Assembly (NCBI GenBank): GCA_965285935.1
Contig: OZ260663.1
Location: 89,404,001 to 89,468,000, forward strand
From: Ophelia neglecta
Lineage: Eukaryota
Reading direction: 5' to 3'
DNA length: 64,000 bases
In this document: positions 40,511-53,833 of the stretch, piece after piece
How positions within the stretch are numbered: position 1 is the first letter of the stretch
Layout of the letters: each line of letters starts with the position of its first letter
Notes under the pieces: generated by a model
Seen by the model: only the letters and a program-made list of their open reading frames with translations
What the model was told of the DNA's origin: nothing
Databases searched by the model: none
Translations under genes and position numbers: made by a program

Positions 40511-41481
40511 TACATATATATATATATATATTATTTATTGAAAACATAAATATCCAAACGCGAAAGAACCCCCCCCCCCCAATCACCACCACTACACCAC
40601 TACACCCCGCCCTCACACCCCACCCGTAACATCCCCAAACCCCGGGGCACCCTTTCACGGCTGTCGCAACCGACACCGCCTCCCATCTCGTACAAACCTT
40701 TGACGTAATAACTACAATTGGCACTTAGAGTCTAACGACCACTTAGAAAAAACATCCCTGCCACGTGCCTAGGAGCCATGCACCTTCATTTACTAGTTTC
40801 AATATATATATACATGTGTGTATACCTATAGGCCCATTGGTGAGTGACAGGCATATGTGCATGTGTAGGACAGGGGATGTGGACAATTAAATATAGCATT
40901 GCCGACTTCTGCTACACAAAGAGTGTCCTAGTATTTATTGTAATGAAAGATAAATTAACCTTTCCTTCACAAGATAATTAATACAGGTTATACCATCAGA
41001 GTGGGAATTATGGGCCAGTAAAACCTGAATTTACTGAATATCAAGGAAAAAAAGAGAAAAAGACGATGCTAAAAAGTTATCTTCAAAGCATGCAGCCGGA
41101 AAAAATCTACATAGGCCTAATACATAGATTGCGCCTCCATTCGGACCTTTGAATAAAGCCAAACCTAGCATGCAATGGATATAATGAACCTAGATTATAT
41201 AGTGGTATCCCAGGCACACAGGACACGGAAGTGACCAAATCTGGATGGCCACCAGGAGGGACATCAACAACTAACTAGACTCCACAGCTTCGTAAAAACA
41301 TGGCTAAGTAGAGAATCAGGGGAAATCACTTTTAAAATAGACACAAATCCTGGTCAGTGGAGCTAATCAGGCGAACATAGAACTTAACCGTAGGCAGTTC
41401 TTCTAAAAGCCAGTGCAAGAAGCATCATTTTGACGCATATTCAGCAGAATATATATTAAAGCCGGTTTTAACTTTACTCAC

Positions 41482-41579
41482 CTCGCAAGTAGATGGAAGG
41501 CACATCCTTGTACAAATAACCTATCATGGCCATTACATGACAGATCCCGCCTCATCATGTAATGTAGGGGACCAGCCAT
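41482..41579 (-). CDS. Candidate alternative first exon (MAGPLHYMMRRDLSCNGHDRLFVQGCAFHLLA)
   Basis: gtcATGG with an in-frame stop just upstream; consensus phase-2 donor GAG|gtgagt; TATATATA ~70 nt upstream of the ATG. Confidence 0.6.
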
Positions 41580-42640
41580 GACTTAGACCCATAGAGGACA
41601 GACACACATTCCTTTATGCATTAAAATCCGAAAACGGGACGACATGCCTATATATATATCCGTTTCTACCGGCAGCTTTATGCAAGGGACAAGAGTTTGA
41701 AAAGGGCACATTCCTAAACCAACTGATTGAGAATACCATGCGTTCGTTCACAGATAAGCCAAAAGTCAAATCTGAACAGAGTATCAATTTTCAAGACACT
41801 GACAGAATGCAGCCCACTAGGCTTTGTTTATTTTCGGTGAGTTATCGCCAGATGATCTCATGTTCCCCCGTAACCAATTTGGCCCAAGTCCCGCTAAGGT
41901 TGTCACAGTAACTTGCCAGTTTAGTCGATTAAAATTGAGAATTGATTAATTCATCGCATGGCCAGGGATACCTCAGGGCGAATATTTAGTGATTTAAAAG
42001 CCCCGGCAGGTATCATTAATATCGACCCGTAACTGTGGTGGCCAAATTTTCACGGGGCGCAATGATGATACGATAGCATGTCCCGGCTCCGGGCTCATGG
42101 AGACTTTTCAATGGAAACAACTGGGTTTGAATATCGTTTTATTTGGCATGACTTGATAACAAATAGCCACATGTAAAAATGAGATTACTCGGAAGAACTC
42201 AAACTTTGGGTTAAGGGCCTCCAAGCTCAAAGAATTTGGGAACGCTGCAGATTAATGTCCTTCTATAAAATGAGGGAGAACTTGACCAACGGCCTAAAAA
42301 AATTAATGCATACTAGTTTTGCCTTGTTGTCTGTGGTTTCATATTTAATTAATATAACAAGCATTTATGGACATCCATCTTCCGTGCACCCGCATCTCCC
42401 CACGACGACCATGCCCCCAACGCACAGACATATCTATAGAGTAACGCAAAGATTCATATGCTCAAAACATTGCAAACATTCCACGTCGTACGATTGTGAT
42501 TGCGTTTAACTGTTTTACACCCATGATGCTTATTACATCGTGCTAAGCAGGGCAAGATCGGGTAACTGCACATAATTACTATCTCAACCCACGCATCACA
42601 TGGAGCTGGCCCAGTATATCATTTATTTGGGAAATATGAT

Positions 42641-43316
42641 AAGCTTGGACTGGGCCAGCACTAGTTACTTACCATTGTTGTCCGGAGACCGCCTTGAGAA
42701 AGCTTGGACTGGGTCAGCACTGGTTACTTACCATTGTTGTGTTGAGACTGCCTTGAGAAAGCTTGGACTGGGCCAGCCCTGGTTACTTACCATTGTTGTC
42801 CGGAGACCGCCTGTAGAAAGCTTGGACTGGGCCAGCACTAGTTACTTACCATTGTTGTCCGGAGACCGCCTGTAGAATGCTTGGACTGGGCCAGCACTAG
42901 TTACTTACCATTGTTGTCCGGAGACCGCCTTGAGAAAGCTTGGACTGGGCCAACACTGGTTACTTACCATTGTTGTCCGGAGACCGCCTTGAGAAAGCTT
43001 GGACTGGGCCAGCACTGGTTACTCACCATTGTTGTCCGGAGACCGCCTTGAGAAAGCTTGGACTGGGCCATCACTGGTTACTTACCATTGTTGTCCGGAG
43101 ACTGCCTTGAGAAAGCTTGGATTGGGCCAGCACTAGTTACTTACCATTGTTGTCCGGAGACCGCCTGTAGAATGCTTGGACTGGGCCAGCACTAGTTACT
43201 TACCATTGTTGTCCGGAGACTGCCTTGAGAAAGCTTGGATTGGGCCAGCATTGGTTACTTACCATTGTTGTCCGGAGACCGCCTTGAGAAAGCTTGGACT
43301 GGGCCAGCACTGGTTG
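42641..43316. repeat. 59-bp minisatellite, 11 full copies plus a partial copy, each full copy carrying a minus-strand splice donor
   Basis: Unit aagcttggactgggccagcactrgttacttaccattgttgtccggagaccgccttgaga; its reverse complement contains ATG|GTAAGT. Confidence 0.95.
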
Positions 43317-43382
43317 TAGACAGAGGTGAGAAGGCTCTGAGACGGACACATCGGGTAGGTGCTTACTCCAAGACTTGCAGGA
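43263..43382 (-). CDS. 120-nt phase 2-2 exon (or first exon from ATG at 43351) of the FAM217-like gene
   Basis: atttttag|T CCT GCA... encodes PASLGVSTYPMCPSQSLLTSVYNQCWPSPSFLKAVSGQQ, then TG|gtaagt. Joins the 35345 exon in frame. Confidence 0.6.
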
Positions 43383-44160
43383 CTAAAAATTTAAAAAAAC
43401 ATGATTAGTATTATGTATGTCAAAGCTGGAATATATGTATAAATGTCGTCTGGGTAAATAACCAGTAATCACCGGTAGTATTAGTGGCAATAAAAATTTA
43501 TATAACATGATACGATTAATCATTGTCATGCAAGCTAAATGAAGATAGTAAGACTCATGCTAGTTACGATTTACAACATATCAATGAATGTGTATTATAA
43601 TGAGCACAGTGCTGTTACCAAGTGAGTACCAGATGAAAATAAAAAGGAAGTAGTAATTTACTCTAAGTAGTTCAGCTATAGGCATGGGCCCCTACAGTAC
43701 TAATATCGATTCCAGGAGGACTGCGCACAAATCTCTTGTACAGTAAAAGGGTGTATTAACAATACGCACGGATTTGGAGGAGACAATTCACGGTCAAGAC
43801 CATAATTTTCTTTGTAAAGAAAGTATTACAGAAGCTACCTTGAAGTTGTGCGATGGGTGACTCCTTTAAAGACGCCAGAAGACCCCCTCTAGGAGGGGTA
43901 ACCCATCTCACACCATCCAGGCCAATGCCCCTTGCGTTACATAGTTTGTGATATTTATTATGACACGGAAAATGGTTTCATATACATTATACTCGCTGAT
44001 AAATAAGGCTTTAGCAAAAAATAGTATTGCAGATTGATAAATATATCCATACTACTTTGATTTGGGCCAAGTGTCTTGCAACATAAACCGTTCATGGTAT
44101 CATCCACGGACTATCGGACACACGACATCGGGCAATATTAGTTACCGCTCACCGACTCAC

Positions 44161-44267
44161 CAGCGACACTGCCTGCTCGAGGCAATACCAGATGAAAGGG
44201 TCAATATAATGAAAGAATTGTGACAGATTATGAGAATGATGTTTGGGGAGTGTTTGTCATAATCCAT
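44161..44267 (-). CDS. Candidate alternative first exon (MDYDKHSPNIILIICHNSFIILTLSSGIASSRQCR)
   Basis: ATG plus 35 codons and 2 nt; consensus phase-2 donor CTG|gtgagt. Confidence 0.5.
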
Positions 44268-46230
44268 CAAACCTCTACAATCTAAACAAGGGCGATAATA
44301 GGACGACTATATGGCAAATATAAATTCGCGTTCGATATGTGCTCACATCAAATTTGTACCTATTTCCTGAACGTGCCCACAGTGTGGGAACAGTAATAAT
44401 CGACAGCTGTCAAGATAATGGTGGCATTTAATTGACAAATATTTACATCAAATAAGCCATAACAAACATATCGTGTGTGTGCCAATAAGACATTTATACG
44501 GGTTCAGTACGTCCGTTTTTGTACTTTGTGAAAACTGAGCCTCGGGGTTAACATCCAAGAACGCTGCATATTAAGTCGCATAAATAAGTGGAAAAATGTG
44601 TGTGCGTCATAAGAAGATACTTTTAAAATGTCTCGATTTCGGATAAACAAAAAAAAATGGGCCCGGTTGGTCGATCGGAGAAAATGGCCAATAACTCAGC
44701 GAAAACGATAATGCATGCCTAATTTCTTTCAGTGAGTCTTTTTGGAAATTCTACCAAATCGTTACAATCTTACTTTGAACTACAAAAATATACATACATC
44801 ATGATCGCATAATTTGCAATATTCGATGCCGAACAATCGGAATGGCGTCGACTACTATCCGACCGCTAAAAAAATGAATTGTTCAAAGGCCAGCATTAGC
44901 CTAGTGCCGGCGGCGAAAGTAAAATGAATTCACAAAACTCAAATATGCAGCATATCGACGGGTTTGTTAAACAAAGAATCAAACAACGAACGACTACGAA
45001 TTAAAACCATGACGGATGGAAATATATACATTCGCGCATCGATTCGATAACAGAACTAGAATATAACTGCTCCTAGGACTTTCATCGTGTAACAGAATCA
45101 AATAGTCTGTATAAAAAGTGGTCAATCGAGCAATTAGATGCATTAAACCATATATATGCAGACGAAGGATATAAGATGGCGACATACGTGCCCAAAGAAA
45201 ACGCTTGCTATTTATTGTGCTTAGAAGCTTGCGTTTTATGATTGGAATACAATAACTAATCGACCATGTTTGGAGGCAGTGCGACAGGTACGGTTTCCTC
45301 TAAATCTATAGGAGGGATAAATACATAAGGAAAAGCCGATGACTGTTCCATGCAAATTACAAATGGGCTAAGAGTATGCTTTATACATGCTTCTTTCCTC
45401 GATCATGGTCAAGTGGCCTGCGTAAATTTCATTTCTTATATTTTTATGAAGCTTCATTTCTGCTTTCATGGAAACTTTTACACCGGTGTAAAAGGAATAG
45501 TTGTCCCCTGGATGCAATGTCCCCGGACAAAGGTTCCTATGTATTTTTTTTTCCTGAGACTAACATTCCTGGTTTTGGAACGGAATGTCTCCACTGAAAT
45601 AATGTCCCCCTTAAATGTGAACAGTGATACGTAATTTAAGTACAAGTAAGTTATAAAGTCCCACGGACCATTCACACTGGGACTGACGTAGTTTTCACAT
45701 CTATATCAAGAAGGCATTTTCTTCCTAGTAACAACTGTCCGTCGGACTATATCTATACTTCTACCGACTGTCTCCGTGGACATTTCTTTCTAGCATTCAC
45801 AGTCTGGGGGGCTATGTGTACAGGGGTCTATTTATCCGGTGACATCTGTACCGAGAAGGAACTCTACATCCAACGCCCCCCGGAAAAAACCGGCGGGAAA
45901 ACCGTGCGTGATACCAATTCTGTAGGCGCACACATACAAAAGAAAAAGTTGTAAAAGTCGTGAGGGAATTCCTTGTGACTCGGGCCGGCAATGGGTAGAA
46001 TATCAACCTAGATCTCGATATCAACAAACAGGACTGACGAGAATGACCAATAAAGATTACGGTTAATGTGAATTGTCAGCTTGAAGTATAGACGTACAAT
46101 ATTGAACATGAATGTACCAGCCATAAGAATAGATAGCGAACAGCTGAAATAAAACACACCGTACAAACCTTGTCACCCATTGCATTTTAACTTTTGGCAT
46201 TTCCGGTGCATTGTCAGCGTCCATGATTAC

Positions 46231-46289
46231 CGAAATAGGTGATCACAAACAAAAAAACTTATGAAATCCAATCTCAACTGCGGCTTCAT
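46231..46289 (-). CDS. Candidate alternative first exon (MKPQLRLDFISFFVCDHLF)
   Basis: Phase-2 donor TCG|gtaatc. Confidence 0.3.
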
Positions 46290-47269
46290 TTAACCATGTC
46301 TCATAATAGCTATATGATATTGTCTTGGCAAAATTAGGATAAAAACTCTGCATACATTTTTTAGGCCAGCATTTTGTTCAGCCTCAATTCTGCTTTTAAA
46401 TGTGTTTGATATGAAGAACAGTGTCGGTTATTTGTTTGATCTTTTTCAATCCTGACATCTAAAGGCAGTTTACGGCATTGTATGGCACTTGGGAGTGCTT
46501 CCCGGCAGTTGGGAGACAATCTCAATACTTCGAAAAGCGCCAAATTCCGAAACGCTCCCCGGTTTAGGCAGGAACGCGTCGATCGACCATAGTCTGGTGT
46601 AAAAAAAAAACAATATCACAAAGTGCGACAAATTCCTGGAGCGATAAGGCCTCTTTAAAAGTCAATCACATCAAGTGATGATAGTTCCTCCAGCTACCTT
46701 CATCCTCGATAGCTATTAATAAGAAATCGATTGGACAAATATTCCTCAAGGTCTCCGTCGGGTGACTTGAAACTCTGTCCTGTTTGTCTTTTTCCAGTAA
46801 AAGGCACATCGATATACGCTCGGAAGCAGCGGCAACGCTATTCTGATAGCTCAAGTGTTGACTAGTGTCGAACTTAACAACATAGTTTATCCTTTAAAGG
46901 GGATGCAGGAGTTGGGGGGGGGGGGGGTTACGTATGCTTCCTGCAGTATACTGGCCAAGTAATGCATCCCTATCCAGGAATACACTGTTAGAAACGTATC
47001 TAAAATGACCAGATGAATTATTTACATCATTTTAGCGCCGATGGACACCAGAGGTCTGAAAACAATTAGGGAGGTTAACCTCCCCTCCCCCCCCCCCCCC
47101 CTTATTCCTGTTACCTACTTGCATGAAAATCGCCGATTACCTGCACGATAACACAAGTTAGTTGATAACGCACGGCCTGACTGGCTCAGATACAAGTCCA
47201 TATTTATCTCTTCTCAACAACTTCTCAGCTCATTTTGCCGTCTTAACCCTTCGCTGGCTGATGGAAAGG

Positions 47270-47990
47270 CAATGTACTGGGCGAGTAGGGGATCGGGCTC
47301 GTTTATTGGAGATTCTTGGCGTGTGGGGACTGGACATGTTAATTAGAGACCGGACGCGTGGGGACTGAGCGTGCGAGGGACTGGGCGTGGGGGATTGGGC
47401 GAGTGGTCGTTTGGGAGACAGGGTGTGTTGGAGACTGGCCGTGTGAGGGACTTGGCGCGGGGGGGGGGGGGGGTTGGGGGTATGATAGAATTAATGGGCT
47501 TGTTGGGTAATGGGTGCGTTGGACTGTGGGCGTGTAGGAGACTAGGTGTGATGGACACTGGGCATGCAAGGGATTGGGCGTTTTGGAGACTGGATGGGTT
47601 GGAGTCTGGCTGTATGGGAGAATTGGCGTGTGTTCAAGAATGGGTGACTGGGCGTTTGTTAGAGACTGTGCGTGGGAGTATAAGCGTTCGGGGGATCGGC
47701 CGTGCGTATGGGAGACTGGGTGGCCGTGTGGAAGCTGGGCGAGTAGTAGACCAGGCGAGTAGGAGACTGCGCGTACTAGATACTGGGTGTGTTGGAGACT
47801 GGGCGAGCGGGAGACAGAACCTGTCGGAGACTGGCCGTGTTAGGGACTGGGCGTGCGAGAGACTGACAGGGTTAATTGGATTGGAGAGAATGATTTTGGG
47901 GAGCAGTGACCATCTCCTTCCATACGTTTTATATACATCATCAATAACGTGAGGGGGTCGTGGTGTGCAGGAGACTGGCAGGGGGAAGTT
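47270..47990. repeat. G-rich degenerate tandem repeat (ggagactgg(g/c)cgtg-like units)
   Basis: Recurrent gagactgg/ggactgg motifs about every 20-40 bp with strong G/C strand skew. Explains the spurious ORFs at 47339-47952. Confidence 0.7.
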
Positions 47991-49199
47991 TACAGAGTAC
48001 AGAAGGCTCGAGACATACGTTCGAGACAGAATGGGGCAGTTATTTCCATTATCTAATCTAACGTACTAAATCCACCCACTTTTCTATATCAATTTGGCGA
48101 TAATAACTTGACAATTTTTACACCCTGTATAAGCTGAACATGCGGATTAATACCTAAGTTATCAAAAACAAGTAGTCCAAATTCACTATGATAACACTCT
48201 GCAACGCTGATTCCCGCGAAACGTCACATTTAAGTACTTGTCCGATTGTCGCAAAACAAACAGCTCGGCTCTTATTGAATGTGATAAAAGCGAGATAAAT
48301 CACGCGAATCATTCTGTACATCTGACCCTGGGGTCAAGATTAATGATTTAACCTCAACGTGGGTATACACGGAATTCTAACATGCAGGGTCACATTGTAA
48401 TTTGTCTATAATCAATGTATCACAAGACTGTTCCCATCACGAGACTAGTACAAAAGAATCCTTACATACTTCAGTTAAACACACGGAGCTTTTTAATCGT
48501 TCAAATCATATAAGTAATTAAGCCATTTCATGGCAGAAGTATTAAAGACTATACTGTTGTCAATGAGGTATATCATTGTATTTGAATCACTTCTGATTTT
48601 TTCCCAGATCTCAAGAGATAATGCGCACTATTGTAATCGAAATGAAAGTGACAAAAGGTCAACCGCATGCAAATACATTTTTTCTTCACAACTATATTGA
48701 TTTTAATAAAGTGTTTTTATTATATGGATCAAATCATAAAGGGGACCGTTCTATGTCGAATTTCTTGGGGGTGGGGAGGGGGGGGGGGTAGACGGATGCG
48801 ATTATTTCTTAAAGGAACCCCCCTCCCCCACCAACAAGGACGAAAGGAAAATAACACTCCCCCCATAAATAATTTCAAAAATAATTTCATTGTGCTTCAC
48901 CTCGGACATAATTACATATAATGGAAAGTCCGGCAGATGAAATTCTTGCCTCTTGTAGGGTCCCTATATCGTGCGAGAAATTAACTATACAGTTTTAGAC
49001 TACCGCGACTTTCTTCAAACTTCCATCAATCAGTATAATAAAAATGATGTGTTATTCCCGGAGAGTCATTACTCAAATAATTGGTTAGTAATTTCTCCCC
49101 CGTCTAACCATTAACTAATAAGTATACTTCTATGTTTGACAATGTATGAATCGAAGCGCCCTCTGGCTTATAGCATGATATTGCCATGTTCGGACTTAC

Positions 49200-49264
49200 T
49201 TGTTACAACTAACTCCTCGACGAGTGACAAGCTTAAGACCTTTTAAGTCCGTAAAGTAAAGCAT
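49200..49264 (-). CDS. Candidate alternative first exon (MLYFTDLKGLKLVTRRGVSCN)
   Basis: In-frame stop upstream of the ATG; phase-2 donor CAA|gtaagt. Confidence 0.5.
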
Positions 49265-49491
49265 CCCCCAGGCTTATCGACACTGTACACATCCAATGCA
49301 TATTTCATATATCGCCGAGAATCAGGTGGTCATTAGATTGGTTAGAAGCCAATGTATATGCTGATATGTGTTTCAGTGATAAGATTAAAAGTATTGTATA
49401 CCCAGGCCACCCGTTCTTTTCCGATCTTAGCTGATTGACAAAACATGGAGATGTATCTAAAGGGCCCGGATTAGCAAAGTGTTACCCCTAC

Positions 49492-49553
49492 CTTGATAGT
49501 AAATCCAACAGCAAACTAAGCACATGTCGTCTGCTTTCCTGCTCGCCTTCCAT
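49492..49553 (-). CDS. Candidate alternative first exon (MEGEQESRRHVLSLLLDLLS)
   Basis: gccATGG Kozak context; phase-2 donor AAG|gtaggg. Confidence 0.45.
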
Positions 49554-52009
49554 GGCAAACACAATCAGTTAACAATGGCTAATAATCACACTTCTAGTCC
49601 CAATCAAGATCAGATCATATAGGTTTGAATCACTGATATTATCATGATAGTTTGACCAATAGACTGCTTCAGATCACACTGATCTACAATCTATGTATTG
49701 TGCTAGTTTGCGGCCCTTAAAAGCAAATTTTGATAACAAAGTCCGACTTTTATGAACGAAGTTGAGAGTCCTCAATCCTGAGTTGTTGGGATCAATGGCG
49801 GTTTGTTATGGTGAGCATTTGCATAACGCCAGAGGTTGTAAGTTGATAGCGTATTAAATGTGGCTCAATTGGACGCAAAGATTAAAAGATCAACTTTGAG
49901 TTGAATCTTCAAGTGAATAAGATCATAAGTAAAGAATACAAGTATTTGTAAAACAGTTATCAATTCAAGGAATACTGCCGAAGTACCTATGAGTCAATAA
50001 TGCACGCATGAAACCACACAGGGCGACACAAAACATTGTCAACAATGCATGCATGTGTTCACCATTTAAAATTTATGAAATTGGTGTCTACCCCAAATGC
50101 AAATGATGGCACTCAATTTCTGAGAATTGTAGTATATCTAAAAAAGTGTTGTTATAGTCATAGCGAATTATCACATTAATAATAGTTAATACATGTTAGA
50201 TTTTTCCATCTCGTGGTACACTTTTGAAAATGGCTAAAATATGACACGTTTGATTGGATTTTCAATCACAATTTGCTACTATAGCCAAGACATATTCCAA
50301 AGTGGGATAAATGCAATATTTTTTTGGGATAGGATAGTTACCCTTAGTGTCACATAAAACTTAAATTGATCAAGCATGAGACTGGGTTATAAAATACAGA
50401 ATAATGAAAAACATGAATCACCTGTCAGCCATTGTATAAATCCAATGTCACACAGAACTGTGACCTGAGTTGGTCTGTGGGGGATTTCAACCATATACAG
50501 TTCCAGTGTTTACAAACACAGACTAATACATGGAGATCTGAATAACTGTGTAGCGAAGTTAAGTCAACGCGCTGGTGTAATACGGTAAGATTCCCACCAA
50601 TTAAACCGGATAGTTCAAACACTGGGAAATGATATGTCTGGAAACACCTGATTAAAGATATTTATAAACACGGCAGGCCACCAACCTGGCTGGAGAAACA
50701 ATCCATTGGTCGCCATACAAGTATGTGGCAGCCGCTGTTCAAAGAGAAAATTAGGTGGTAAAAATATTGCTTATGGCAGAATCAATATGCACAGTAACAG
50801 TGTTATTTCTCGAGAGGTCTCTGCTAATAAACCTTTATTGCAGATATAATATAATGTTTCCGGAGATTAAGCTAATCCAAAATAATCCTATTTTCTCTAA
50901 GTCTTAAACTCGTTACTTTTCCCTCCATTAGACAGGCAGGGCGTGTAAGGTCGATCAAAATTACGCGATAAGTAGACTTCGTGACGTAAAATGCCCTGAG
51001 AATTAACACTCGTTTACTAACTGCGAGGCAGATCATGTATATAGGCCTAATCACTTCACTTTTGACGACAATATTATTCTCCTTAAACGTAATTCTTTAT
51101 GATTCATTTGATTCGCCCTGAATCAATGAATGACACATTTTAAGCCCAGCTGTCATGGTATACGTAAACACCCGTTTCCAGCAAGTGTGCGTGAGGCAGC
51201 TATGCTGACCGTGTTGAATTAACCCTTTCGAGCGCCCCCAACCCCCCCCCCCCACACCACCACCACCACTACCACCAGCCATTCCAGCAAAAAAATATCA
51301 GTAGCGTAATCCTCAGTCGTTGTTTACTAATTAACTCATTGATATTACATCAACCCAACAGTGTAAATGAAGCCCAAATCATGCAAATAAGGCAATTCCA
51401 TGGGATTTTCATGTGAAGAGCGCGGGTGAGGTGATTTTTAGTAGCATTTTTAACGTGGTATGTTTGTACTTTTGAACTTTGCAAAAATCCAAGGCGCCGT
51501 GAACTTGGGGCTTTCAGAAAAATTTTCGACCCAATATCTAAGGCTTTCCCTCCTACCCGTCTTGGTATTTAATAGGTCAAACCTCAACAACAGGGCGTTC
51601 GAGGGATATAAAAGTCCAATAACGAAAGGGTCGGTCGGGTAGNNNNNNNNNNNNNNNNNNNNNNNNNNNNNNNNNNNNNNNNNNNNNNNNNNNNNNNNNN
51701 NNNNNNNNNNNNNNNNNNNNNNNNNNNNNNNNNNNNNNNNNNNNNNNNNNNNNNNNNNNNNNNNNNNNNNNNNNNNNNNNNNNNNNNNNNNNNNNNNNNN
51801 NNNNNNNNNNNNNNNNNNNNNNNNNNNNNNNNNNNNNNNNNNNNNNNNNNNNNNNNNNNNNNNNNNNNNNNNNNNNNNNNNNNNNNNNNNNNNNNNNNNN
51901 NNNNNNNNNNNNNNNNNNNNNNNNNNNNNNNNNNNNNNNNNNNNNNNNNNNNNNNNNNNNNNNNNNNNNNNNNNNNNNNNNNNNNNNNNNNNNNNNNNNN
52001 NNNNNNNNN

Positions 52010-52308
52010 CTGTCGGTCTCTCTGTCTGTCTGTCTGTCTCTCCGTTCTCTCAGTCTGTTCTCTCTGTCTCTCTGTCTGTCTCTCTATCTCTCTATCTCTC
52101 TGTTCCCTCTGTCTGTCCGTCTGTCCGTCTGTCTGTCTCTCCGTTNNNNNNNNNNNNNNNNNNNNNNNNNNNNNNNNNNNNNNNNNNNNNNNNNNNNNNN
52201 NNNNNNNNNNNNNNNNNNNNNNNNNNNNNNNNNNNNNNNNNNNNNNNNNNNNNNNNNNNNNNNNNNNNNNNNNNNNNNNNNNNNNNNNNNNNNNNNNCTG
52301 TCGGTCTC

Positions 52309-52339
<31 letters not shown>

Positions 52340-52423
52340 GTCTGTTCTCTCTGTCTCTCTATCTCACTGTTCCCTCTGTCTGTCCGTCTGTCTGTCTCTC
52401 CGTTCTCTCAGTCTGTCGGTCTC

Positions 52424-52454
<31 letters not shown>

Positions 52455-53071
52455 GTCTGTCTGTCTGTCTGTCTCTCTGTCTCTCTATCTCACTGTTCCC
52501 TCTGTCTGCCCGTCTGTCTGTCTCTCCGTTTTCTCAGTCTGTCGGTCTCTCTGTCTGTCTGTCTGTTCTCTCTGTCTCTCTGTCTGTCTCTCTGTCTCTC
52601 TATCTCTCTGTTCCCTCTGTCTGTCCGTCTGTCTGTCTCTCCGTTNNNNNNNNNNNNNNNNNNNNNNNNNNNNNNNNNNNNNNNNNNNNNNNNNNNNNNN
52701 NNNNNNNNNNNNNNNNNNNNNNNNNNNNNNNNNNNNNNNNNNNNNNNNNNNNNNNNNNNNNNNNNNNNNNNNNNNNNNNNNNNNNNNNNCTGTCGGTCTC
52801 TCTGTCTGTCTGTCTGTTCTCTCTGTCTCTCTGTCTGTCTCTCTATCTCTCTGTTCCCTCTGTCTGTCCGTCTGTCTGTCTCTCCGTTNNNNNNNNNNNN
52901 NNNNNNNNNNNNNNNNNNNNNNNNNNNNNNNNNNNNNNNNNNNNNNNNNNNNNNNNNNNNNNNNNNNNNNNNNNNNNNNNNNNNNNNNNNNNNNNNNNNN
53001 NNNNNNNNNNNNNNNNNNNNNNNNNNNNNNNNCTGTCGGTCTCTCTGTCTGTCTGTATGTCTCTCTGTCTC

Positions 53072-53102
<31 letters not shown>

Positions 53103-53370
53103 ATCTCACTGTTCCCTCTGTCTGTCCGTCTGTCTGTCTCTCCGTTCTCTCAGTCTGTCGGTCTCTCTGTCTGTCTGTCTGTTCTCTCTGTCTCTCTGTC
53201 TGTCTCTCTATCTCACTGTTCCCTCTGTCTGCCCGTCTGTCTGTCTCTCCGTTCTCTCAGTCTGTCGGTCTCTCTGTCTGTCTGTCTGTTCTCTCTGTCT
53301 CTCTGTCTGTCTCTCTGTCTCTCTATCTCTCTGTTCCCTCTGTCTGTCCGTCTGTCTGTCTGTCTCTCTC
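52010..53370. repeat. Complex (CTGT/CT)n satellite with a ~100-120 bp higher-order unit, interrupted by assembly gaps
   Basis: Repeating ctgtcggtctctctgtctgtc...ctatctc(a/t)ctgttccctctgtctg(t/c)ccgtctg...ctccgttctctcagt; N-runs from 51643. Confidence 0.92.
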
Positions 53371-53641
53371 ACTGCGGCCCTTTACTTTCACTCCCTGTTT
53401 ATTAATGAGGCTTACAATTTGCTGAAGTCATTCCAAGCAGCACTGAACTGTTTCTGTTTCACAGATCACATTTTATGCAATAGTTAACAATACTGTCCAG
53501 TCACCTTCACATTAGGCGTACATACATGTATGATGCAGCGCAATTTCACACTTTTGGCCACTGAATAAACAGTAGGTTGTCAAATTTCGGATTCGTGCAT
53601 GAGCATATTGTCGCCAACTGATATGGACGTTTCATTTTAGT

Positions 53642-53833
53642 CAGTGGCGGATTAAGGGGGGCAGGGGGCCCGGCACCCCCCCCCCCCTCCCCCCAATGCC
53701 AAAAAGTGGGCCTGAACCAGGGCCTATATCTGGAATCACCCAAGGTGGTTTCAGAGGGTTGGTAACGGGGACAATCCAGCCTTGGAAAATTTGCCTCCCC
53801 CCCCCCCCTTCCTGAAATCCTGGTTCCGCCACT
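53642..53833. mobile_element. CAGTGGCGGA-type MITE, copy 1
   Basis: TIR cagtggcgga...tccgccact; shares its core (aaaaagtgggcc...caaggtggtttcagaggg...ggggacaatccag) with the copies at 57966 and 61323. Confidence 0.8.

Noticed and set aside
42641-43316. CRISPR-like array
   Set aside because: Units are contiguous near-identical 59-mers with no unique spacers, there are no cas genes, and the context is eukaryotic.
44994-46854. ORFs 45185-44994, 45675-45478 and 46854-46666 as further phase-2 first exons
   Set aside because: Weak donors (gtagtc, gtaaaa, gtgatt) and/or non-ATG starts; cannot be distinguished from chance.
47339-47952. 193-aa Gly/Arg-rich ORF and antisense Pro-rich ORFs
   Set aside because: Products of a G-rich degenerate repeat; no ATG start for the long ORF, and no domain or splice support.
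53057-53425. SVCL-repeat ORF
   Set aside because: Translation of the CTGT satellite.
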